A stretch of DNA of 64,000 bases from Azolla caroliniana (lineage: Eukaryota; Plantae; Polypodiophyta), in the NCBI GenBank assembly GCA_043228905.1, contig JBHGNT010000017.1, positions 4,278,001 to 4,342,000 of the forward strand, read 5' to 3'. A program made the translations under genes and the position numbers. Below the pieces are notes generated by a model. It was not told the origin of the DNA. It was given only the letters and a program-made list of their open reading frames with translations, and searched no databases. The stretch's first letter is position 1. Every line of letters begins with the position of its first letter. Below, one piece after another: positions 39,341-51,000 of this stretch.

Positions 39341-40562
39341 CACTATTCAACCATCCCAACAATACCTATAAGATAGATGAAATCATACATGTCCAACCAA
39401 TGATGAATTCAAGCTCATCTCACTTTGCCTACGATCTTTAAAATATTTATCATGTTTGATACTTTAGTGCTTCTTCTTCTTCTTCTTTTTTGGCTCGCTT
39501 GCTTGGGCTAATGACATTTGAATATCTTTTTCTTTAACATGCCAACCCAAAAAAAGTCGACATCCCAACTTTTTCTTGCAAGCGTTGAGTTGGCTCCACG
39601 TTTGAACCAAACCAATTTGTTGCTCTCTTCGGGATATTTATATGTCTAGCCTCCATCACTCATCGTAATTCATAAGTCCATAGACCCTAGATGTTGCTTC
39701 TAAGTCTTTCCATGTAACCTCTTTCCTCATTGTTGACTGTCATTCAAGGATGACTGTAAACTAGTATTCAATCCGTGGTTTTTTTATGACTAGCCATGGT
39801 TTCCTTTTTACGAATGAAATTGCTTAGAAAATAATATTGATATTTTTCAAAGATTCCCATAATTTTGACATATATATGTATTGGTGTTGGATTGTTTCCC
39901 CTCTATCAATGTTCCAGCTAGCACATTAGAATTTTTGGTATGTGTTTTATGAACGAGAACATAGTTTTCCGAAACAATTGATCACACAATCTTCCTAATT
40001 GGTTGGACAAGCCAAAAGCGACATGTCAAATGTCACAAATAAATGTTTCTTAGATGATGATTCTAACAAGGACAAACATGAATGATAATGAAGTGATTGT
40101 ACGTGGCCTATTCCTTTCAAGTTTGTGGTCCTAGAAACCTTAAGGAATCTCCGTAAGCACACAATTACCACTTACTATGTGTCCATCTCCTTTATTTAGT
40201 TAGCATTAGGATCGAAATGTATAAATTGTGTGGTCTCGCATATGATAGACAATGGAAAAACACAACAAAGTATAGTTTGATTAAATAAAGAAATAAATTG
40301 TGAATTCTCATGAAATGGAGAGAATGTGTTCTTATGAAAACACGTGGAAATTAGGTGTAAAATGTATAGTTATTAAAAGGTAGTTTGAAAGTTCTCATGA
40401 AGCATGTACTATGACTAAATAAAGAATTATGCTTTTGAGACTTTTTTTTGTCCAATTGTTTTGACAACTCGGAATGGAGGGGACTATATTGTAATCTTTA
40501 ACATATGATGTATGTATTATTAGCATAGTTTGTTTGTGAGGCGGTGTTATTGTTTTCAACCC

Positions 40563-41550
40563 TTGGATTAGGAACCGGTAGCGGCTCGGTTTAGGGGTTC
40601 TCAAACCTGAACCGAACCAAACCAGACTGATCCCTAAGCCTATTAAGGATTAACCGGTCTGACCTAAACCGGTTAAGTCTAAACTGTTTTGGCCCAAACC
40701 GGTTAAGCTCTACATGTGTTGAAAATCAACACATAGTTGTTATGAACAACAATGTTTTTATCCCTCAGCCCAAATTCCCTGTACTTCACATTATTAATTA
40801 ATTTAATTTAAAATAAAAGAAAAGTTTTGCTTTTCTTTCTCCATGTGAATATGTACATGAATACATATATTTCTTTTAAAAAAGATTAATGTCAATCCCT
40901 TCCCTGTCTCATTTTCTTTTTCTTCTCATTTCCTACATAATCTTCTTGCTATCATAGTTCTTAATCAGTGATCACTAACTTAATTGTTCTTCTAATCTCT
41001 AATCTTAATCTTAATTCCAAACCTCTAATCTCTAATCTTCTTCTGATCCTCGTTACTAGGCATTTATCTTCTTCAGATCATCATCCCTAATCAGTAATCT
41101 CCGTCTAATCCTCTCCTACTCTGATCAGTAATATGCTCTCCAATTCTAATTCTTCCTCATTTCTCTGTTTCCCCTATGCTTTTCTAATTTCGAATTTTAT
41201 GTCTCCCTTTCTTATAGAACTTTCATGTCGACAGAAGAAGGGGACTGGATTAATCATCACAATAATAATACCGGGTACACAGAAGGCGTAATGGTGCTCT
41301 ATGCAGGATCCAACTCTTTCTTTCACTCCCTCTCCCCCTCTCTATGATGTCTGTGTTTACAGTCTGACTCTCGACTCTCCCTCCATTAAAACGACTTAAC
41401 CTGCTTAACTGGTTTGAGCCAATTTCGCAGGGCTCAAGTTAACCGAACCCAGCTCAAACCATTTAAGTAGGCTCGAGCCCTTAGCTAAGCCGCTAAACCA
41501 GTTAACGGCTTGGTTTAGGCTTGAGTTGAGCCGTTGCCTATTCCCACCTT
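40563..41550. mobile_element. Non-autonomous hAT-like DNA transposon, related to the copy at 53443-53937
   Basis: AAACCG/CGGTT-rich subterminal blocks shared with 53443-53937 (GGGGTTCTCAAACYTGAACC; GGCTCAAG...GCTCAAACC). Termini are degenerate and no TSD is visible. Confidence 0.7.
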
Positions 41551-42574
41551 GGGTTGTGGAAAGTGACTTCAAAAAGGCCCTTTTATTAGGAGAGTGTGCT
41601 TGTTCTTAAACCGAACGTTACTTAAAACGTTTAATTCATTGAATCATTACTTGAGACTTTAATCTACAACGTTGATTACATAAAGTGAAAGCTTCAAATA
41701 TAAGCATTTCGATGATGAGGTGAGCTCGAAAATCTATGAGTAATTATTTATTTGATGGAATTTGTGGGCATCTCTGCGATCTATTGTGTGTGTGTGTGTG
41801 GACCGTGGTAACATCTATCATATACATATAGTAATTAGATTCATGCTACGGTAGTATCTAGAAGGTTTTATAGCGTGGACCAATAGTTAATCTATATGGA
41901 GATTATTTGATACACATTTTAAGTCATAATATCATAAACAAAGACAAAAGATAACTTCATGGTTATTTTTTCCATAAAAATATCCACCATTGGTATTAAA
42001 TTTAAAGTGGCCAGTGGTAGTATATAAAATAGTCCACTATTACAATGAATATTGCATATCCCTCTATTTACACGTTGACTATGGATTTCAAACTTGCAAA
42101 CTTGAAATCCAAAAAAACTGGTATTACATCCGGAGACACTCCCTGAAGTTGTGAACAAACTTTGGTAAGGGCCACAAATATATTTGTACCATGTATTACT
42201 CATCATTCCTTCAGTTTTTATGCAGTTTGATAGCATCATATGCCATTCCACATCTCACATAACCCATACTAAGGGCATTGGATGTTTGCTCTTTTTTATT
42301 AGCCCGCTTCTCCAAAGCACACCTCAGGCCTCCATCCAAGGTTCACAAAAACATGCATACAAAATCAACTAGCTTTAGAAATCCCTATAATGTAATAAAA
42401 ACTTTGCTTATGAATTCCAATTGCTGGAGTAAAAAAAATGTGTGCGATGACAGCAACACGTAGGGCCTGTGTTGTTGTGTACTAAATGCCTTCAAAGAGA
42501 CGATACAGTCTTTGAAAACGGGTGATGGTCTCATTAAAATATTTGAGGTTCAAAGCATTTGCCCTCGTCGACCC

Positions 42575-43260
42575 TCAAGAATATGCTTCTAACTCCACAC
42601 CATCAACACTCATCTGTATCAAGAATACAAATTTATCTTCGTTTTCGACATCAAACATCTCGTTGATTACCACCAAAGTATTGTACCTACAAAACAGAAA
42701 ATAAAATGAGTCCACTCTCCTCATCCTATCATGAAAATATGCTTCAACCCCTGACAATATCATCACTCATCCTTATCAAACATACAAAATCTACTTCATT
42801 TTCCCCATCCACCATCTCGTCAATTACCACCAACGTCACGTACATACAAAAACAGAATGAGTCTACACTCCTCATCCCCTCATAAATATCTTCACTCACT
42901 CATCCTTATAAAAAAGAGAAATTATGCTTCAATTACCACATAAACCATCTCGTCATATACCATCAAAGTCTAGTATATACAAAAAACATAATGAGTCTAC
43001 TCTCTTGATCCCCTCATGAAATTATGCTTCATACAATGACAGCATCATCACTCGTCCTTGTCAAAAATAGAAAATTTGGTTCATTTTCCACGCCAACTGT
43101 CTTATTGTTTACAACCAAATTCCTGTATAAACAAAAATCCGAATGAATATGCTCTCCTCATGAAAATATGCTTCAGCCCCCCACACCATCATCACTTATC
43201 CTTATCGAAAATAGAAAATAGAAAATATTCTACATTTTCCACATCAACCGTCTTTACGAT
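42575..43260. repeat. Degenerate ~145-155-bp tandem repeat (4-5 copies)
   Basis: Recurrent ATGAGTCYACTCTCCTCATC...ATGAAAATATGCTTCA...CATCACTCATCCTTATCAAA blocks. Confidence 0.8.
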
Positions 43261-43499
43261 TACCACAGAAATCCTCAATCATCTTGTCGAATCCACCAAT
43301 ATTGATCAATAAAGAGTAATTAACCTCCTCCATCTTAAGTCATGTTGTATGCAATAAGAACAGCACCAGTGGCGGAAACAACCAACAAGGTGGAACGTAG
43401 TTCCACTTAACATCATCACTTGCATCCAACATATTAGGTAGATGACCAGACTCTTCGAATTATCCTTCTTTTCCATTTAGTTGTATTTCCATAACCCTT

Positions 43500-45020
43500 A
43501 TAACTATCATGAAGATATACATTTTCTTTGAGCATCTCAACTGACACAAAAGAATTCACCATATGTATGGAGTACAAATGCAAACTTTGCATTTGAGGGT
43601 TTAAAGCATACATTTACATCTACACCAATTTTAATGCATGTCGATCCAATGAGGCGCTTTATACTCGACGTTGATGCATCTGACTTCACACTTGGAAGCG
43701 TATTATCCCATATTGGCGATGATGGCCAACTACACCCTGTGGCTTTTCACTCACGGAAATTTGAAGCCACATAAATCAACTATGAGATTCATGACAAAGA
43801 GCTTCTTGCCATCGTGGATACTTTTCAACAATGGCAACATTTTTTGGAGGGTTCTTCTCAACTGATTATTGTCTACATTGATCACAAAAATCCAACATAC
43901 TTCCAAAGCGCTAAAGTCTTGAGTCATCGACAAGCTTGTTGGGCGCAATTCTGAACTCATTTTGATTTCATAATTCTATATTGCCTTGGGATGCAACAAG
44001 GAAAAGCATATCTATGCTTTATCTTGACGTTCATATATGGAACTTCAACCAAGAGAGGCCGCATTTGAAAGTCAGAACCAAATCCTCTTAGGTCCTGACT
44101 GTCTACGACTAATGGCAATCCATGCTATCAACACACCTAGAGATTCAAGTCTTCTTGGTTCCATTCAGGAGCGTATTGCGACTGATGCATTCACCCAAGA
44201 GATTTTGACCATATTGTCGCATATCGTGCTTCCTGCTCACAATCTCAACATCCTCGTCAAGACTACACCCAGTTCAGTTGGCATGATGGCTTACTTTTTC
44301 GACAAAATCTCTTGTATGTGCATGATGTTTCTCTCCAAGCCTTGCAACAATGTCACGACATGCCCATGGCTGGACATTTCGGCATCCACAAGACGTTTGA
44401 GTTAATTTCTCGTCGATATTGGTGGCCACAACTTCGTCGTTTTGTTACGTATTATGTTTGTAGTTGTGATACATGCTTCCGATAAAAAAACCCTCGACAT
44501 CATCCATATGACTTATTACAGCCAATGCCTATTCCTGAGAGCCCATGGAAATCTGTTTCCTTGGACTTCATTACGAGTCTTCCACCTTCCAAGGGTTTTG
44601 ATTATATTCTCATCGTAGTAGATCGTTTTACGAAGATGGCACATTTTCTTCCATGCACGAAGGCCATTACTAGCCACGATACAATTGATTTACTCATGCA
44701 CTGGGTGTTTCGGCATCATGGTGTTCTAGATGATATTTTCAGTGATTGGGGTCCCTAGCTCATCTCAAAATTTTGGCGGCACATGTTCAAACTCTTACAT
44801 ACTTCTTGCAAACTCTCTTCCAACTACCATCGAAACTAATGGGCAAAGTGAGCTCACCAACCAAATAGTTGAGCAATATCTTCGTTGTTTTGTCAACTAT
44901 CAACAAGATGATTGGATTGATCTATTACATTTGGCGAATTTTGCTTACAACAACTACGAACGTTCTTCCATTGGATATTCCCCATTTTTTGCAAACATTG
45001 GGTATCATCCTCGTTCTTCA
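43500..45020 (+). pseudogene. Degraded Ty3/gypsy pol fragment (RNase H-integrase), no LTRs seen
   Basis: DVDASDFTLG, AFHSRKF, NYEIHDKELLAIV, PWKSVSLDFIT, VVDRFTKMAHF and [13 protein letters not shown], with many stops and frameshifts. Confidence 0.92.
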
Positions 45021-47644
45021 TCTTTTCTACACACACTCTCTCTCTCTCCTACTCACGAGTTACAACAATAACTATCATAGTCACCTTTAACTTCATGTAC
45101 CAATAATTCCCAGAAGGACTTAACCTAATCCACAACAACAGTTTGTTCAACATTTTATAGTTTGGAACACCTCACTTTCCAAAAAAACCATAAGGCCAAA
45201 GAGGAGTCAATTTGCCAAACATAACATCGGGAGAAGAACTTGATTCCTTACAAGGAGCTTGAAGTAACGTACGCTTGAAAACTTTTCACATGTAAAGTCG
45301 ACGAAGAATTATGATAATGATAAAAAACCGTTTGTAGATCCATGACAAATGTATTGATGGAGGCTCAACAAAGTTTCTTAATTGGATTTTATTGGCCAAA
45401 AGCCCTCAATTATCTTAAGGTGTAAAATGTGAAGTAGTTCTTAACAAAAGTTAAGTTGAGGCAACCACTAATTCAAAATAACAAATTACACTCATATGGA
45501 CACCAAAATGTTTAACCATGGGTTTTAATTCATGGCAATGCTACAAAATTCAAATATGAGAATGAACATTATTAATATATAAAAGATTGCTTCAAAAGAG
45601 CAACCCATATTGTGAGTTGAAAGTGATGGGATACTTCTTGAATCTCAAGCAAGCATATTGTTTTACAATATGATCAAATACGTTCTATATGAAAGCATCA
45701 CTACAAATACGTGTATGGATTAGATCTATGAGTGCTTCAAAGACACTAAGCATTCTTTGCCCACCAAAGGACTTGCTTCTTATGGTCAAAGGTAGGCTCT
45801 CCTGAATGAGGTATAAGATACACACCCTAGATTTTAAATGTACACATGTTTCAAATACATTAGTTGTTATCAATTGTAGGCAATCAAGACCCTGCAAGGC
45901 TTGCTTTTGGTGGTCAAAGGCACTCTTTCCTGAATGAGGTGGAAGACATGAGCGTCAAGATAAAGCATTCGTTTCTCCTTGTACCCTAGGGTGATACATG
46001 ATTGGGAGATTGTCTTTGGTTGAAGGCTTGTGCCTTTTGGAAATATGAGGTTCTTGTGAAAATAATAGAAAATGTTATGTATGAGAACCCACCAAGAATT
46101 CACACCGCATCTCAAGTGACTATAATTTCTAGAATTTTATTGTCATGCCTATTGTACTTTCATTTCTATAGCTTCAAATTTCCACAAATGCAAGGCGATT
46201 GCCATTAGATGTAGTTGCTCGTCATTTCTTTTATGAAATAAGACACTTCAAATGCAAAATTAGGTACACCAACTTCTATTGTCCAATATTTATTTGAAGA
46301 CCATGTAACACATGGTGTCAAAACAAGAAAAGGAAAAGAGAAAAACCAAATTGGTAGATTGAGAGAGTTGAAGATACAAACAAGGTAATGTACATAAGGT
46401 AATTTTATTAAAAATGAAAAGGTAAATACTAGTTGATATAGCTTAAGAGATGAAGATTAGTGTTGAACCATGATGCTTCATCTTGATAGCCAACCTCTTT
46501 CAATATGTTTTGCTCTAAAATGAATGAAAGAGAATTAGCACACATGCATAAGTTGATGCATGAAGGACACTTAACATGTATGCATGAGCATAGAATGCAT
46601 GTGAGTGACTTGTTCTCTCATGAATTATCATGTATATATTCTGTAGGGCCATAATTGTGAATATCTTAATGGTTCGAACTTAGACCATGTTCCATAAGGT
46701 CATGGGTTGAAGTCTTCATGTGATCATCACATATGGGAGGACAACAATCAAGGCTTGATGGGAACATCCCACTGCAATTAAATTCATTGTTCTTCATGTG
46801 TTGAGCACTACTCTCCTTATTCTTTTTATGGACACAACGTTCTAGTAGAGAGCATTATAATATAATTCTCAAATTAATGGCTTGCTTGTTTGGGGGTTAA
46901 TGAGGTAGGAGATAAAGTTGATGCTTGGTCTTAATATTTTTCGGATATTGTTGAAGTAAGATGATTACGAATTTATTTGGTACCACACATTGAATACATA
47001 ACATTGATGCAAAGTTCTTTACTTATAGCAACTAAAAAGCAACATGGGTTGATTGGCATTTAAGGGATGAAACTCACAATCCACAAACGAATGCTAATCT
47101 TTAGTACCATTGCTCCGTCTATTTAGGCCTTTTGATGCCTATAATATTATGTTAAGCGGTACATAACTCTAATTATGGATGGTGTCAAATCTTAAAATGT
47201 AGTTAGTGTTCTATATTGCCATTTTTGTCTATAGACTTCACTTGGATAATATTGATTGGGGTTTATCGTTGGGATAAACACTAAAGAGATGCGGGCTAGC
47301 AATAAGCAATTGCTTCTTGTGCACGATTCGAGTGGAAGATAACAATCATTGTTTCTTACAGTGTCCGATTGCTCGTTAGATTTGGGGTTACATTTCTAAG
47401 AATTTTGGGAAGTTTGTTCACTTTCTTATTTGGCATCAAGAGAGTGGGTGTTTGCACAATTCAGAAAAGAACCCGATTGGAGATCAAAGATGGATGGAGA
47501 TCGTTTTCCTCTATCCAAGGTATCGCAGATTTCGTCATAAATTGGATACGTGCAATAAATCCGATGCCTTTCTATTCGATGGAAAAGACACGGACGGAGT
47601 TAGAGCGCATCTACAAATGTGAAAGGGATGGCAACATGATATTG

Positions 47645-47728
47645 AAGCAAAAAGCAAAAAGCAAAAGGCAGAAGGCAAAAGGCAAAAGGCAAAAGGCAAA
47701 AAGCAAAAAGCAAAAAGCAAAAAGCAAA
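47645..47728. repeat. (AAAAGC/AAAAGGC)n minisatellite upstream of BDP1
   Basis: About 12 units of 6-7 bp. Confidence 0.92.
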
Positions 47729-48071
47729 AGAATTGCCATAAGAAGAAGAAGAAGAAGCAAAGAACAGTCGTTTGGAACATCTAGAGTTAGAAACTGAAAA
47801 AGCAAAGAAGGCAAAAATGACCCTGGCTCTCGTACAGAAAAGCAGAACGCAAAAAAAGACCCCGTTTTGAGGATGAAGGTATATTTTTGGTAGAAGAGGA
47901 GAGGGAGGAGTTGGACTGTCACGAGGAAAAGCTCTGTTTTCCCTTCCCTGATTTGCCCTAACATATCTTCTGCACAATCCCGCTCCCGGAAGGAAAAAGA
48001 AGGAGGAGGAGGAGGAGGAGGAGGTTCAAATTCTTATTATTTTTTATCAAAAAGCTAACGTTTTGCCCAAC

Positions 48072-51000
48072 ATGTTCCATGCCTTAGAAGCTTTAAACGA
48101 AGACCCCGCCATTGATGCTCCTTCAAGTAAATACAAAAATATTCTTCTTCTTCTTTTTCTCGTACACTTGTTTATTTTTGGAATTGGGTTTATATGCAGC
48201 TGCAAGAACAGGTGCTTTTCGTCCCAAAGCAAAGCCTCGTGGATCCAAAAGTATTTCTTCTTCTGTCCAGAAATCATCACCATCTGCTCGTGTACAAAAT
48301 TCTCAGACCGTGCCTCCCACTGCAGACCATCATCATGTTGATAATGAGACAAACAAGGTCAGGATATAATTTACGTGTTCATAATTTTCATTTTTTGTGT
48401 TAGTGTTTTAGTTGGATTTAGGAGTCATTTTGTGGTTATGATTTCAGCGTCTCGGCAGCATTTTGGTTTTTATGAACAAGTTTCATTCTTGTGGTTGGGG
48501 TCTCGATGCTTTGGGTTAGGTTTTCATTGTGTAATTAGGCCGTCTGTTTTATATAGTAATTTCATCTATATTTGCTTTATAAATTTGAAAATCGTTTTTT
48601 CTCCATATTTCCTTTGCGCACGAACTTGTAAACTCTAGACAGACTTTATATTTAGTTAGGGTTTTATTCTGTAAATTTGGTATGAACTTGTTTTTCTTTT
48701 GTCCAATGGAAAGAAATCACATGTTTAGATGTTTTATTGTGTGGGTTTTTAAATTGCAAATCCATGATCATTGCTCATGGCCGCAGATAGAAAGGAGGGA
48801 GGGAGAGATGGATATTTTTAGTGTCCATAGAGAGGCAAAATATTGACCCATAGGACCTAAATACAAAAGTTATCTTGATTTGTTTCTCCTTCTTAAGAAG
48901 CGATATTCATACTTTGAAGACCAAGTCTCGATGCGTGAGTAAGGCATACACATTTGAGCTCAACCTTCTAGGTGCTCTCTTTAGTGTGACACTCATATGC
49001 AAAGCATGTAAAAAGAAAGTGATACTCGTCCTCTACGAGCCCTTCTTTGCATAGCTTACATGCTTTTATATTTGGCTGCATTTGATTCCATAATGCAACT
49101 TCAATACCTAGGTTGTGTGATCAAGTGCGAAGGAATGTTAGGGCTCTACGAGAGTTAGTAGTCATGTTAGAATGAGAGAGAAAGGGGCTCACACTGAGAG
49201 TTAGGGTCTCGTTCCATGTTTTCAATATGATTTGCAAATCCTTTTTCTCCATACCTACATTCTTCATGGCCTCTAGAGAGAGAACACATTGTGAGGGTAA
49301 GGTTTATCTTGACCTTTGAATATTAATTTGCAAGTCATTTAACTCCATATAAAGAGAACTCACTTGGTGATGTTAGTGTTTAATTCTATATTTTGATATG
49401 AATATTACAAATACTATTTCTTCATACGGAGAGATTTCCAATTGTGAGGCTAGGGTTCACTATACTTTTTAAATGAAATTTGAAATTCTTCTCCTCAATA
49501 TGTATATTGTCCATGGACTTGAGGAGAGCTCAGGTTATGATGCTACTTACGCATCGTCATGAAGATAATTGTTGGGAATAAAGGGCCATCGTGCCTTTTA
49601 TTAGTGCACGAGTGTGGATGCACTCGTAGCACATTTTGACTTGTATATACATACATACATACATACATATATATATCTAAAAACCAAAAAAAGTGGTACA
49701 CTCTTTGTACCCAAGACATCGTGCATCTCTCTCTCTCTCTCTCGTTTGTCTCTCATTCAAACTCTCTCCCTCTTTGGTTGACCTAAACCCTAATCCTTGT
49801 GCTGCCCTTCAAACTGGTATCAAAGCAGAGTAGGTTAGAGCAGGTCACGTTTTTTTTCCACAGAGTAGGCCATGTTTTTTTGCAGAGCAGGTCTTTTTTT
49901 TTTCTGCAAAGCAGGTCACGTTTTCGGTAGACTAGGTCACATTTTGACCGTATACAACAGAAACATCTTGTAGGCTTTGACAATGCATGTATAACATATT
50001 GCCTCTGAAAATTTATCTGCAGATCTGAAATTTTCTGTTTTCAGTGTGGCTATATATTGTTGGTTGGTATTTATTTGTACCTTAGTTCACTTGTGTGAGA
50101 GTCTAGGCTTGGTTTTCTTTTGCTTACATTTTGGTCCTCCTTTTGGGCTAAGAAATCATGACTAGGAGCAGTGACAATAGCCATCTTATACACATCAAGA
50201 AGCTTGAGGGTGCACATAACTTTGTGGTATGGAAAAAGTAGTGCTACAACATCTTGCTGCAGAAGAAGCATGCAAAGCCTATTAAAGTCGAAGGGGTAAA
50301 GCCTACATATATAGACCAAGATGATTGGCAAGAGTTGAACAAGCTTGCACGCTCGACGATTGAGTTGTCAATTTCTGATGCCTTATCCCTTCAAGTTCCT
50401 TTGTCTTTTAACTCTTGAACCTTTCATATCATACTTTATTCTTATAAACCTTAGCATCCAATGTATTTGCCACGGTATTTTCTTATGAGCAAAAATTGAC
50501 TTCACATGTAGCCCCCTTGCTTGCTTGTTGAGCGAACCATTTATGGTGAGCCTAAAAAAGAAAATGAAAAAAACTCTTTCGCCTTATGGTAGGCTATAGA
50601 CAATGAAGGAGTATAAATCCTAAAAATATAACAAATTATTGTATGAGAAAACCCCCCGTTAAGCGGTGGGAAAAAAATTCACACTCCTACAGAAACAACA
50701 ATTTAAAACATGACTATTATAATCTTCCCTATTGCCAAACAAAGGAGGATCATGAATTAGTTGGGACAAATCCACTTCTTGTTCCCAATGATCGTTTTCC
50801 TGAATATCCTTATCCATTATAGAATGTAGGTAGGTCCATGATTCACGTACTTCTTTAGGCGCCATCCATTCACACGTAGTTCATGAAGAGTCCCATCCAA
50901 GTTCTTGAGTTGATAACTTCCATTGTCAAAGCAATCGTGCACCACAAAAGGTCCTTCCCAACGATTTATCATCTTTTGTCCTTTTATATTGTCAAAACGA

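Noticed and set aside
47369-47977. ORFs with KQKAKS / FAFCLL repeats
   Set aside because: They derive from the AAAAGC minisatellite.
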